This document shows positions 1-10,829 of a DNA stretch of 64,000 nucleotides, in pieces. This DNA comes from Rickettsiales bacterium (GTDB lineage: Bacteria; Pseudomonadota; Alphaproteobacteria; Rickettsiales; UBA1997), in contig JAGNLL010000001.1 in NCBI GenBank assembly GCA_017999675.1, positions 120,415 through 184,414 on the forward strand, in the 5' to 3' direction. Both the position numbers and the translations under genes were made by a program. The notes below the pieces were generated by a model. It saw only the letters and a list, made by a program, of their open reading frames with translations. It was not told the origin of the DNA and ran no database searches. The stretch's first letter is position 1. Each line of letters opens with the position of its first letter.

Positions 1-308
1 AGCTAAAAGAAGAAACTGGAATTGATCAAATAGACGTAAAAGTACTTAAAAAAAGCTTAGGACACCACTACTACAACCTACCCTACAAACTGCAAAAAAA
101 ATTCTGGGGCGGCAAATATTTGGGGCAAAAACAACGCTGGTATTTGGCTGAATTTATTGGTGATGACGCGGCGATAAATATTGCAACTGAGCATCCTGAA
201 TTTTCCGATTGGAAATGGATTGCGGGAGATGAAATTATCAGCGCCATTGTTGGCTTTAAGCGTGAGCTTTATGAGGATGTTTTGAGAGAGTTTAAGGGGT
301 TTTTGTAA
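1..308 (+). CDS. rppH: RNA pyrophosphohydrolase RppH/NudH (Nudix), 5' end cut by window edge
   Basis: Frame is open from nt 3. Translation LKEETGIDQ...GQKQRWYLAEF...EFSDWKWI matches the end of a Nudix box plus the RppH C-terminal region. Stop at 306-308. Confidence 0.8.
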   Translation, partial: LKEETGIDQIDVKVLKKSLGHHYYNLPYKLQKKFWGGKYLGQKQRWYLAEFIGDDAAINIATEHPEFSDWKWIAGDEIISAIVGFKRELYEDVLREFKGFL

Positions 309-314
309 TTTTCT

Positions 315-1217
315 TTAAACCGCCGGAGCGTTTTTCGATTTAAAAAAATTCTGTTTCGAGAGATTTAAAATAAATTTCATACTCACCAAAATCATCAAGC
401 AGCCCACAACTTTACTGGCTGTGACCACCTCACCCAAAAACATCGCCCCAAAAATTGTACCAAAAACCGGAATTAACAAAACCACACTCACCGCTGTTCT
501 AGGCCCCTCTTCAGCTATTAGTTTAAAAAACAAAACGTAGGCAACACCGGTGCAAAGCAGGCCTAAACCAAGTAACGAACCTGCCACTTTTTTATCAATC
601 ACGCTAAAATCGGTGAAAAATACGCTAGGCGAAAGTAGCAGCGCCGCAAACAAAACGCTGCCAGTTGCCATTGTGATTGATTCAATATGTTTGCACTTGG
701 CGTTGAGATAAAGTGAGGCGCCAGCGTAAGAAGCAGTTGCAACCAAAATTGCCAACACCGCCAAGCTGTAAGACCAAGTAATTTCTAGCGCAAAGCCGCC
801 ACCAAAATAAGTGACCACCACCCCAACAATTCCAAAAACTATTCCCCAAATTGCACTTTTATCGACAAAACGTTTGAGCACAAAAATTGAAATCAACACC
901 TCAAACATCGGCACGCAGCCATCCAAAATTGCGGCAATGCTGCTGTCAACTTCGCGCGACGAAATGGCAAATAAAGTGAAAGGCAAAGCAGAATTAAAAA
1001 ACCCAACAATCGCGTAATGCTTAAAATTTTTAACGACAAAAACTTTTTTGCGTTTGATTAATGCAAGGCCGTAAAGCAGCGCCCCACCTAGCACCAAGCG
1101 AGAAAATGTGACAAAAAACGGCAACAAATTTTCTGCCGAAACTTTGGTAAAAGCAGCAAAGCTCGACCAGATAATTCCAAGTAAAATTAGGATGAAGAGG
1201 TTGCTGTTTTTGTGCAT
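315..1217 (-). CDS. EamA/DMT-family permease
   Basis: 300-aa ORF that is hydrophobic throughout, with about 10 TM-like segments in two similar halves, typical of EamA (RhaT) transporters. Confidence 0.85.
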   Translation of the reverse strand: MHKNSNLFILILLGIIWSSFAAFTKVSAENLLPFFVTFSRLVLGGALLYGLALIKRKKVFVVKNFKHYAIVGFFNSALPFTLFAISSREVDSSIAAILDGCVPMFEVLISIFVLKRFVDKSAIWGIVFGIVGVVVTYFGGGFALEITWSYSLAVLAILVATASYAGASLYLNAKCKHIESITMATGSVLFAALLLSPSVFFTDFSVIDKKVAGSLLGLGLLCTGVAYVLFFKLIAEEGPRTAVSVVLLIPVFGTIFGAMFLGEVVTASKVVGCLMILVSMKFILNLSKQNFFKSKNAPAV

Positions 1218-1237
1218 TTTTGCCTGATTATTTTTTT

Positions 1238-1273
1238 AATAAAAAACCTCGGCTCTGAATTTCAGAACCGAGG
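1238..1273 (-). terminator. Hairpin plus U-run downstream of groEL (A/T runs on both sides, possibly bidirectional)
   Basis: cctcggctctg/cagaaccgagg stem with 1 mismatch at 1247-1273. An A-run at 1241-1246 reads as a T-run on the minus strand, 32 nt after the groEL stop. Confidence 0.6.
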
Positions 1274-1304
1274 TTTTTAGTTTTACTGGTGACCCGAAAG
1301 GATC

Positions 1305-2978
<1,674 letters not shown>

Positions 2979-3269
2979 TTATGATTCGATTACTGCTAGA
3001 ATATCTGATTCCTTCATGATGATAAGCTCTTTACCATCAACTTTAACTTCGGTGCCGCCCCATTTTGCGAACAAAACGCGGTCACCTTTTTTAACATCTA
3101 GTGCAACTCTTTTTCCGTTGTCGTCGCGAAGTCCTTCTCCAACAGAAACAACTTTGCCTTCAGCTGGTTTTTCTTTTGCAGTGTCTGGAATAATAATGCC
3201 GCCAGAAGTTTTGCTTTCGGCCTCAATGCGCTCAACAAGAACGCGGTCGTGTAAAGGTCTAACTTTCAT
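2979..3269 (-). CDS. groES: Co-chaperonin GroES
   Basis: [29 protein letters not shown]... is 96 aa from the internal ATG at 3267-3269. The longer track ORF (to 3392) is an unsupported 5' extension. Confidence 0.97.
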   Translation of the reverse strand: MKVRPLHDRVLVERIEAESKTSGGIIIPDTAKEKPAEGKVVSVGEGLRDDNGKRVALDVKKGDRVLFAKWGGTEVKVDGKELIIMKESDILAVIES

Positions 3270-3357
3270 GTTTAGTTTTGATTTTAGGGTTAAAGAAAAA
3301 AGGACACCTAACCTAGTAAAAATTTGAAGCCTTACAAGGGGGGAGAAAGAAAAAAAC

Positions 3358-3609
3358 CTAAGCCAACAATTCATCAAGTTTGCCCGCGGCATCTAGTGCA
3401 TAAAGATCGTCACAACCACCAACATGCTTATCATCGATAAAAATTTGTGGCACAGTCATGCGGCCACCAGATTTTTTCATCATTTCGTTTCTTACTTCGT
3501 CGTCCGTAATTTTAATTTCGGTAAAAGCGACTCCCTTTCTTTGCAATAAAGCTTTGGCACGAGTGCAGTAAGGGCAAACTGTTGTTGTGTAAATTAAAAC
3601 TTTTTTCAT
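3358..3609 (-). CDS. grxC: Glutaredoxin 3
   Basis: 83 aa with a CPYC active site and the TVPQIFI...GGCDDL motif. Confidence 0.93.
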   Translation of the reverse strand: MKKVLIYTTTVCPYCTRAKALLQRKGVAFTEIKITDDEVRNEMMKKSGGRMTVPQIFIDDKHVGGCDDLYALDAAGKLDELLA

Positions 3610-3612
3610 GTG

Positions 3613-4029
3613 TTAAAATGTGTTGCCAGCTCCAGACGACTGGAACTGATTTTTTTGAGGTAATGTTTCCACGTTATTATAATAAGTCGGCGGCACGTAA
3701 TATTGGTCGGCGTCGTAATTAGGATATTGGGTCGAAGGTGGAATGGCGTAAGGGTTTGAGTAATATCTCGAACCACCTTGCTGCGAATAAGGTGTAGCAG
3801 GCGGATAATAAGATGGCTGCTGCGGCGGATAATAATAAGGAGATGGCTGCTGATAGGGACGCTGATATTGAGGCTGTCCGTAATAATATTGGCTTGAATT
3901 TTGTACCGGAGTTGGAATTGGGCTTTGCGCTGGAGTGCTGTAGTCTTCGTAGCGCTCACTAGAGCAAGAATTAGCCATCACTAAAAAGCAAAGTGTATAA
4001 AAATATTTGACTAAACTTTGGGGCAACAT
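3613..4029 (-). CDS. Gln/Pro/Tyr-rich putative lipoprotein, paralog 1
   Basis: Internal ATG at 4027-4029 gives MLPQSLVKYFYTLCFLVMANSC (leader ending in Cys), then a QPY-rich low-complexity region and a conserved SRYYSNPYAIPP...YDADQYYVPPTY..NVE tail. Stop lies 3 nt before the grxC start. Confidence 0.7.
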   Translation of the reverse strand: MLPQSLVKYFYTLCFLVMANSCSSERYEDYSTPAQSPIPTPVQNSSQYYYGQPQYQRPYQQPSPYYYPPQQPSYYPPATPYSQQGGSRYYSNPYAIPPSTQYPNYDADQYYVPPTYYNNVETLPQKNQFQSSGAGNTF

Positions 4030-4106
4030 TTTTTTAAATTTGAAAGAGGTCTTAAAAAGCAAATAGAACAATAGATGGCGCTGATATAGAAACCGTTTTC
4101 TCAGAT

Positions 4107-4682
4107 TCAATAAGTGACTGCTCTATTATTTTGAATTGGCTGCACAGGCTCAACATTAGTTTGATAAGTTGGCGGCACGTAAAATTGGTCAGCATCATAG
4201 CGATTAGCTTGTGGGGCCTGTGGTGCTGGCGGAATGGCGTAAGGATTGGAATAAAAACGCGAGCCAGTATCAACCTGCTGTGGCCGATAATAAACTTGGC
4301 TTTGTTGTTGGTAATAAGGCTGTACCTGCTGATAAGGCTGCGGCGCGTAAGGCGATTGCTGATAGGCTTGTGGCATTTGCTGCTGTTGCGGCGTATAATT
4401 TTGCACCTGCGGATATGAAGGTTGGCGGTAATAATAATCTGGCGCAACTCTAGAAATTGGTGAATTTGCCCCTGCAGTTTGCGGAATTTTACCAGCCTCA
4501 AAACCAACCTTGTCATAAAGCTCGGGGCTTTTCTCATCAGGTATTAAATCGTATCTATCCACACAAGAAAAACTTAAAAACAGCGCAGCAAAAAGAGGTA
4601 AGGTTTTAAAATTTATTGCTTGATTCAGAATTATTCTGCTCAACGTTTCTATACTGTGTTGTAGGTACGTAATAACTATCAA
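4107..4682 (-). CDS. Gln/Pro/Tyr-rich putative lipoprotein, paralog 2 (start uncertain, probably downstream of 4682)
   Basis: Leader KTLPLFAALFLSFSC, a QPY-rich core and the same C-terminal block (SRFYSNPYAIPP...YDADQFYVPPTY). The maximal ORF starts at a TTG and overlaps paralog 3 by 77 nt. Confidence 0.65.
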   Translation of the reverse strand: MIVITYLQHSIETLSRIILNQAINFKTLPLFAALFLSFSCVDRYDLIPDEKSPELYDKVGFEAGKIPQTAGANSPISRVAPDYYYRQPSYPQVQNYTPQQQQMPQAYQQSPYAPQPYQQVQPYYQQQSQVYYRPQQVDTGSRFYSNPYAIPPAPQAPQANRYDADQFYVPPTYQTNVEPVQPIQNNRAVTY

Positions 4683-4914
4683 AGTCGTAATAAGGACTAT
4701 AATTTCTTGGCGGAAAATTGTAAGGAACGTTGTAAATTCTAGAGCTGGGTCTGTAGTAAGGTCGGTAGGTTTTTGGATAGTGATCGTAAGAATTTGAAAC
4801 CGCCGGAGCGCTACTCACATAAGTGACTTTTGGCGCGCAGGAGAAAAATAAAAACATTCCGAAAGCAAGAATGATCAATCTAAACTTGTGTGATTTTTCT
4901 TTGGTCATTTCCAT
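4606..4914 (-). CDS. Tyr/Pro-rich putative lipoprotein, paralog 3
   Basis: MEMTKEKSHKFRLIILAFGMFLFFSC leader with a lipobox-like LFFSC. The tail SRIYNVPYNFPP...YDFDSYYVPTTQYRNVE aligns with paralogs 1 and 2. Confidence 0.65.
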   Translation of the reverse strand: MEMTKEKSHKFRLIILAFGMFLFFSCAPKVTYVSSAPAVSNSYDHYPKTYRPYYRPSSRIYNVPYNFPPRNYSPYYDFDSYYVPTTQYRNVEQNNSESSNKF

Positions 4915-5030
4915 TTAATTACAGCGCATTTATCAAATTCGTGCGTGTTAAATATTAACCAATCAAACAAAAGCAAGCTTGGCGACCACCAAAAAAATCG
5001 CACCCCTTCTTTCGTATTAAAACGACATTC

Positions 5031-6113
5031 ATGACTCAAAATTCTGACCAAAAATTTATCGCCTACGCCTTAAATTTAGCCAAACAAAACCTTGGACTAA
5101 CCGCGCCAAATCCGGTTGTGGGCTGCGTTATTGTTAAAAATGGCGAAATTATTTCTAGCGGCGTCACGGCAAAAAACGGCCGGCCGCACGCCGAAAAAAT
5201 TGCCATTGAGAAAGTTGCCAATAAAGAAATTTTACGCGGAGCCACACTTTACGTCACGCTTGAACCCTGCTCTCACTTTGGTCAAACGCCTCCTTGCGTG
5301 GACGAAATAATCAAATGCGGTTTTAAAAAAGTTGTAATCGCAACCCAAGACCCCGACCAAAGAGTAAACGGCTCTGGTATTAAAAAACTGCAAGAAGCTG
5401 CAATTGACGTGGTTGTAGGCGTTTTAGAAAAAGAGGCGCGCGAAATTAATCGCGCATTTTTTAAAGCCCGCCAAAGCGGCCTGCCCTTTGTCACACTAAA
5501 ACTTGCAACCAGTTTGGATGGAAAAATCGCCACCAAAAATTTTGACAGCAAGTGGATTACCTCGCAAAAATCTCGCCTTTTTGCACATCATTTACGCGCC
5601 ACCAACGACGCAATTTTGGTTGGTGCCAACACCATTAAAAAAGACAATCCCAGCCTTGATTGCCGCATCTTGGGGCTAGAAGATTTTTCACCAAAAAGAT
5701 TCGTTATTTCCAACTCACTTGATTTTGATTTGAGTGCTAAAGTTTTTCAAAATTGCGAAAAAATTTCGACAACCATTTTGAGCAGCAAGAGTTCTGACAA
5801 ATTTCAAAATCTAATTTTGTGCGACGAAAAAAACGGACAGGTTGATTTGCGAAATGCACTAGAAAAACTCTGCCAAAGCGGCGTTAATTCTGTGTTGGTT
5901 GAGGGTGGCCAAAATATTGCCACACAGTTTTTGAGGGGAAATTTAGTTGACGAGTTGGTGTGGATTAGAAGCTCAAAAATTATCGGAGATGACGCAATTG
6001 CTGCGATTGGAGATTTAGGTTTTGTAAATCTTTCGGAAGTTTTGAACGGTTTTACAAATACTGAAACCAGAATTTCAGAAGATGATTTAATCGAAATTTA
6101 TCGTAAAAAATAA
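5031..6113 (+). CDS. ribD: Bifunctional riboflavin biosynthesis deaminase/reductase RibD
   Basis: 360 aa. N-terminal CMP/dCMP deaminase motifs (HAE...PCxxC: TLEPCSHFGQTPPC) plus a C-terminal RibD reductase domain. Confidence 0.95.
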   Translation: MTQNSDQKFIAYALNLAKQNLGLTAPNPVVGCVIVKNGEIISSGVTAKNGRPHAEKIAIEKVANKEILRGATLYVTLEPCSHFGQTPPCVDEIIKCGFKKVVIATQDPDQRVNGSGIKKLQEAAIDVVVGVLEKEAREINRAFFKARQSGLPFVTLKLATSLDGKIATKNFDSKWITSQKSRLFAHHLRATNDAILVGANTIKKDNPSLDCRILGLEDFSPKRFVISNSLDFDLSAKVFQNCEKISTTILSSKSSDKFQNLILCDEKNGQVDLRNALEKLCQSGVNSVLVEGGQNIATQFLRGNLVDELVWIRSSKIIGDDAIAAIGDLGFVNLSEVLNGFTNTETRISEDDLIEIYRKK

Positions 6114-6119
6114 CACAAA

Positions 6120-6223
6120 AAAAACCGTCGGTTGAGCGGAGTCGAAACCAGCGGAAGGTTCCTGCTTCAATATCTAAGCAGGAACCTTCCGCTGGTTTCG
6201 ACTCCGCTCAACCGACGGTTTTT
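6120..6223. repeat. Perfect long palindrome (48-nt arms, 8-nt loop) between convergent ribD and the glycosyltransferase
   Basis: Arm 6120-6167 is the exact reverse complement of 6176-6223. Loop is caatatct. The element is GC-rich relative to its flanks. Confidence 0.9.
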
Positions 6224-6232
6224 GGAAAACCC

Positions 6233-7417
6233 CTAAACCACCCGCCTTAAAACTTCTCTGTAAACCTTAATTGTCTCACCACACATCTTCTCATTTGAGA
6301 AATTCTCTTCGACATTTTTGCGCCCCGCTGCACCCATTTGGTCAGCCTCTTCCTTCGACATTTCCAAAGCCTTGTCGATTAACTCAGCAAATTTTTCGAC
6401 ATCATTTACCTCAACTAAAAACCCAGTTTTGCCATCAATTACCGTTTCAAGCGAACCGCCAATTTTTGTTGAAATAATAATTCTGCTCGAGGCCTGCGCT
6501 TCAATGGCAATGCGGCCAAAAGCTTCAGCGCGAACGCTTGGGCACACAACTAAATGCGACACCGCGTAAGCTGCTGGCATATCTTTACAAAGCCCGCAAA
6601 GTTGAACTTTTCCAGCCAAACCTCTTTCAACAATTCTGCTTTCGATTTTTTTTCTGAATTGTTTGTGACCGTGATCTGAACCAATCATCACGCAAAAAAA
6701 GTCGTGTTTAACTTGTGCTAATGCTTCAATTAAAAACTCGTGACCCTTCCAAGACGTGAATCGCGCTGGCATTAAAATAATTTTTTTGTCATCCGGCAAA
6801 TGCCATTTTTTGCTTAGATCGATGATGCGGTTTTTTGAAACTTTGTCGTAATCAAAATATCCAAGCTCAGCGCCGCGTTGAATTGTGACGATTTTTTCTT
6901 CCAGAGAAGTTGGGTAATTTTGCTGATAATTTTGAATCAAGTAATCTTTGATGAAGCCAGACACCGCAATCACTTCGTCGGCTCTTAGCATCAAAGCATT
7001 GTAGATTTTTTTGAGAGGAAAAACCTGCCAGTTCAAAAAGTTTAACGAGTAAGTGCCGTGCACCGTTGCAACGATTTTTACGTGCAGTTTTTTGCAAGCA
7101 AAATAGGCGCTCCACATTGGCGCTCTTGATCTCACGTGAACAATGTCAACGCTGTGCTCAACTAAAAGTTTTTCGAGTTTTTTGTTGTTAAAATAAATCG
7201 TCAGCGGGTTTTTGCTGTGAACCGGAAGCGTGATGTGAGTAATGCCGGCCTCGCGCAATTGATAAACCAGCACGCCACCTTTTGAAACCACAATTGGCTC
7301 AAAACCATCTTTTTTAAGCGCCTTGGCAATATCAATAACGCCACGCTCAACGCCGCCACTTTCAAGACCGGGTAGAATTTGCATTACTACCGGTTTTCTG
7401 CTGTGAGATCTTTCCAT
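6233..7417 (-). CDS. Glycosyltransferase, family 4 (GT-B, RfaG-like)
   Basis: 394 aa with N-terminal MQILPGLESGGVERGV and a C-terminal EAFGRIAIEAQA (E-x7-E-like) motif. Start lies 1 nt after the purA stop. Confidence 0.85.
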   Translation of the reverse strand: MERSHSRKPVVMQILPGLESGGVERGVIDIAKALKKDGFEPIVVSKGGVLVYQLREAGITHITLPVHSKNPLTIYFNNKKLEKLLVEHSVDIVHVRSRAPMWSAYFACKKLHVKIVATVHGTYSLNFLNWQVFPLKKIYNALMLRADEVIAVSGFIKDYLIQNYQQNYPTSLEEKIVTIQRGAELGYFDYDKVSKNRIIDLSKKWHLPDDKKIILMPARFTSWKGHEFLIEALAQVKHDFFCVMIGSDHGHKQFRKKIESRIVERGLAGKVQLCGLCKDMPAAYAVSHLVVCPSVRAEAFGRIAIEAQASSRIIISTKIGGSLETVIDGKTGFLVEVNDVEKFAELIDKALEMSKEEADQMGAAGRKNVEENFSNEKMCGETIKVYREVLRRVV

Positions 7418-7418
7418 T

Positions 7419-8690
7419 TTAATTAACGATGATTGTTTCTTCGCGCTTAGGGCCAGTTGAAATTATTGAGGCCTTAATTGCGCATAATTCTTCAATTCTT
7501 TTAATGTAGTTTAGTGCTTTTTGTGGCAAGTCGCTCAAAGATTTTGAACCGACCGTGCTTTGCTGCCAGCCTTCCATTTCTTCGTAGATTGGCTCAATTT
7601 GATTCCACAAATGATTGGCTTGAGGCAAGTAGTCGTAGGTTTTGCCGCCAATTTTGTAGCCAACGCAAATTTTGATTTTTTCTAATTTGTCGAGCACGTC
7701 GAGCTTGGTTAGCGCCACTTCTTTTACTGAAGAAAGTTGGATTGCTTGACGCACCAAAACCGCATCAAACCAACCGCAGCGTCTATCGCGACCAGTGACG
7801 GTGCCAACTTCTTTGCCTTCAATGCGTAAGAAGTTGCCAATTTCACATTCAAGTTCAGTTGGGAAAGGACCAGATCCAACACGAGTTGTGTAAGCTTTCA
7901 AAATGCCAATTGTTTTGTGCAAATCAGCAACACCCAAGCAAGACCCAAGAGCAATTTGCCCCGCCATTGTGTTGCTTGAAGTGACGAATGGGAATGTGCC
8001 GTAAGTCACGTCCAACAAGGCTCCTTGCGCCCCTTCAAACATTACCGCTTTGAAAGCAGAAAGTTTTTTAGCAATTTCAAAAGCTGGCTTGGCGTGAGTT
8101 AAAAGGCGCTCGCGAACTGGTGCTAGTTCAGCAATAATTTGCGCGCTCGTCACAATTTCAGCACCCAAGCTTTTGCGCAAAAGATTGTGGTAAAAAAGCA
8201 AATTTTCTACGCGCTCAGCCAAAACTTTTTCGTCGATTAAATCGCAAATTCTAACAGCTCTGCGCCCTGCTCTGTCTTCGTAAGCTGGGCCAATTCCGCG
8301 GCCGGTGGTGCCAATTTTATTTTCGCCTTTTTTGCCTTCTAAAAGTTGGTCAAGTTCGCGGTGAATTGACAAAATCAAACAAGCATTTTCGGCAATCGCC
8401 AAATTTTCTGCGACGATTTTAATGCCCGCTTCTTCAATTTTTTGAATCTCGGCAAAAAGCGCGATTGGATCAACCACCACGCCACTTCCAATCACCGAAA
8501 ATTTGCCACGAATGATCCCTGAAGGTAGCAAGCTAAGTTTGTAAGTTTTGTCACCAACTTTAATGGTGTGGCCAGCGTTGTGACCGCCTTGAAAGCGCAC
8601 TACGGCGTCGAATTTATCGGCTAAAAAATCAACGATTTTACCTTTTCCTTCATCGCCCCATTGTAGGCCGATTATTGCTGTGTTGGTCAT
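7419..8690 (-). CDS. purA: Adenylosuccinate synthase
   Basis: 423 aa with the QWGDEGKGK P-loop, GGHNAGHT and TTGRGIGP motifs. Confidence 0.98.
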   Translation of the reverse strand: MTNTAIIGLQWGDEGKGKIVDFLADKFDAVVRFQGGHNAGHTIKVGDKTYKLSLLPSGIIRGKFSVIGSGVVVDPIALFAEIQKIEEAGIKIVAENLAIAENACLILSIHRELDQLLEGKKGENKIGTTGRGIGPAYEDRAGRRAVRICDLIDEKVLAERVENLLFYHNLLRKSLGAEIVTSAQIIAELAPVRERLLTHAKPAFEIAKKLSAFKAVMFEGAQGALLDVTYGTFPFVTSSNTMAGQIALGSCLGVADLHKTIGILKAYTTRVGSGPFPTELECEIGNFLRIEGKEVGTVTGRDRRCGWFDAVLVRQAIQLSSVKEVALTKLDVLDKLEKIKICVGYKIGGKTYDYLPQANHLWNQIEPIYEEMEGWQQSTVGSKSLSDLPQKALNYIKRIEELCAIKASIISTGPKREETIIVN

Positions 8691-8691
8691 T

Positions 8692-8919
8692 TTAATTTTC
8701 TTCCTTCATTTGATTTTTTAGGCCTAAGATCACCGAATTATTTCCAGTCTTTTTTTCAATCGTGAAAAATTTGCTGCAGTAAGGACAAGTCACCGAGTCT
8801 TTATTTCCCATGTTCAAGTAAACTAGTGGATGAGTGCCAGCCCCGTCGCAAGAAACTTTTTTTGAATCAACGTGCAGCGTTTCAAGCGGACTATTTTTAG
8901 AATTAATTTGAGGATTCAT
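8692..8919 (-). CDS. Small zinc-finger (zf-CHCC-like) protein
   Basis: 75 aa. SCDGAG..HPLVYLNM...CPYCSKFF resembles the NDUFS6-type CHCC zinc-finger domain common in alphaproteobacteria. Confidence 0.7.
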   Translation of the reverse strand: MNPQINSKNSPLETLHVDSKKVSCDGAGTHPLVYLNMGNKDSVTCPYCSKFFTIEKKTGNNSVILGLKNQMKEEN

Positions 8920-9019
8920 TTTTAAAAATTGAGAGATTAGAAATTGCGGCCTTGGCAGATGTGACGGCAGCGCAAGTTATTTTCCACATTCGAGTTTTTC
9001 AATCTAAGTTTTCAACAAA

Positions 9020-10816
9020 ATGAAAAAGATTTTCACCGCAATTTTTGTCGCGCTTTTTTTAAATTTTAGCAGCGCTTTTGCCGCCAGTAGCGACTGGCAC
9101 GAAAATCAAAACAAGGCCGCCAAAACAAAATTGCTCGCCAGTTTTTACGAAGACTCTGAAGGAAACAAAAAACTAATCGCTGGCCTTCACTTTCAATTAG
9201 AAGATGGCTGGAAAATTTACGGCAATGATGCCGGCGGAATTGGCATGCCACCAAGCCTTGATTTTAATGGTTCAACAAACTTTAGCAAAAACGAAATTAT
9301 CTGGCCAAAAGCCGAAAAAGGCGAAGAAGATTTGGGCGAAGAAGTAATCAACTACACCTTCTACAAACACGAAGTTGTGCTGCCCGTTAAAATTGAATTA
9401 CAAAATTTAGAAAACGCGTCTGAGCTTACACTAAAGCTAGATTACGGCCTTTGCAAAGATGTGTGCATTCCGGTTAGCGAAAGTTTTTCACTTAAAATTT
9501 CTGACACAATTGATGAAGAAGCCTTGGCAACAATTCAAAAATTTTTAGAAGAAAAAATTAGCTCTGGCGAAAAAAATATCGCCCCAGAAAAAAAGATGGA
9601 TCTTACAACCACGCTACTTTCAGCAATTTTGTTAGCCATTTTTGGCGGTGCAATTTTAAACATCATGCCCTGCGTTTTGCCGGTTTTATCAATCAAACTT
9701 TTGTCGATAATCAAACACTCTGACGCGCCAATTTCGCGAATTCGTTTTGCTTTTTTATCAACAATCTTTGGCATTTTAATCTGCTTTTTGGTCTTCGCTA
9801 TTCTTACCGCTGCAATCAAACTAACCGGCAATTCTCTAGGCTGGGGACTACAATTTCAAAACCCATATTTCTTAATTTCACTAATCGTAATTTTGGTGTT
9901 GTTTTTGGGAAATATGCTTGGGGTTTTTGAAATTAATTTTGATCAAATTTTGACCTCAATTTTAAACAAAAAAATTACCGACAGCGAAGGCAAAAAAAAC
10001 ATCTTCATCCCCAATTTTCTTTCCGGAGTTTTGGCGGTATTACTTGCCACACCTTGCTCGGCACCATTTTTGGGTTCGGCAATTTCTTTTGCCCTCACCC
10101 AAAATTTTTCAACCATTTTTCTAATTTCAATTAGCATCGGCATTGGATTTTCACTGCCCTACATCATCCTTTTAGTCTCGCCAAAATTGGTTTATTTGCT
10201 GCCAAAACCTGGCAATTGGATGCTGCAAATTAAGCAAGTTCTCGCCGGACTATTGGCCGCTACAATCATGTGGTTAATCTACGTTCTCTCGCAAAATCTT
10301 GGCGCCCTGCCAGCGTTTTTGGCTGGTGCTTTGGCAATTTCAATTTTGGCCTGCGTTAAAATTAAATCAGATTTGTTAAAATATGTTTCAATTGCGCTGA
10401 TCGCCTCTTGCACCTTTGCTTTGCCAGCGGGGCTAAAAAATCACCAAGCCGAAAAAAAAGAAATTTACGAAAGTTTTTGGCTCAATTTTGACGAAGCCGA
10501 AATTTACCAACATGTTGCTAAAGGCCGAGTTGTGGTAATTGACGTGACTGCCGATTGGTGCCTAAGCTGCAAATTCAACAAGCTGCGCATTTTGCAAGAT
10601 GACGAGGTGATGACCAAATTAAAAAGCGGCAACATCATTGCCATGCGCGGCGACATTACAAAACCCAATGAAGAAATTATGAAATATCTTCACAAAAATA
10701 ATCGCTTCGCAATTCCCTTTAATGCGGTTTATGGCCCCAATGCTCCAAAGGGTTTATTGACTAGCGAACTTCTTACCAAAAAAGAGCTTTTTGAACTAAT
10801 CGAAAAAGCAAAATAA
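9020..10816 (+). CDS. DsbD/ScsB-family thiol:disulfide interchange (protein-disulfide reductase) membrane protein
   Basis: 598 aa with a signal peptide, a periplasmic N-domain, a multi-TM core with conserved Cys ([16 protein letters not shown]) and a C-terminal thioredoxin fold (DWCLSCK). Confidence 0.85.
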   Translation: MKKIFTAIFVALFLNFSSAFAASSDWHENQNKAAKTKLLASFYEDSEGNKKLIAGLHFQLEDGWKIYGNDAGGIGMPPSLDFNGSTNFSKNEIIWPKAEKGEEDLGEEVINYTFYKHEVVLPVKIELQNLENASELTLKLDYGLCKDVCIPVSESFSLKISDTIDEEALATIQKFLEEKISSGEKNIAPEKKMDLTTTLLSAILLAIFGGAILNIMPCVLPVLSIKLLSIIKHSDAPISRIRFAFLSTIFGILICFLVFAILTAAIKLTGNSLGWGLQFQNPYFLISLIVILVLFLGNMLGVFEINFDQILTSILNKKITDSEGKKNIFIPNFLSGVLAVLLATPCSAPFLGSAISFALTQNFSTIFLISISIGIGFSLPYIILLVSPKLVYLLPKPGNWMLQIKQVLAGLLAATIMWLIYVLSQNLGALPAFLAGALAISILACVKIKSDLLKYVSIALIASCTFALPAGLKNHQAEKKEIYESFWLNFDEAEIYQHVAKGRVVVIDVTADWCLSCKFNKLRILQDDEVMTKLKSGNIIAMRGDITKPNEEIMKYLHKNNRFAIPFNAVYGPNAPKGLLTSELLTKKELFELIEKAK

Positions 10817-10829
10817 TTTTATCAAAACC

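Noticed and set aside
3270-3357. Looked for a CIRCE operator (TTAGCACTC-N9-GAGTGCTAA) or a sigma-32 promoter upstream of groES, and likewise upstream of htpG at 61105-61196
   Set aside because: No CIRCE-like inverted repeat is present. CTTGTAA/TTGAAA-like hexamers exist, but spacing to any CCCCAT-like element is wrong (for example about 23 nt upstream of htpG). No promoter is claimed.
3606-4537. Alternative-frame ORFs across the QPY-rich genes (3606-3959, 4052-4537, 4131-4418, 4211-4453)
   Set aside because: The repetitive codon composition keeps several frames open. Only the frames giving leader-Cys plus the conserved C-terminal block are paralogous to each other, so the others are treated as artefacts.
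4915-5030. Possible FMN riboswitch upstream of ribD
   Set aside because: None of the conserved RFN-element segments is recognisable in the 116-nt leader.
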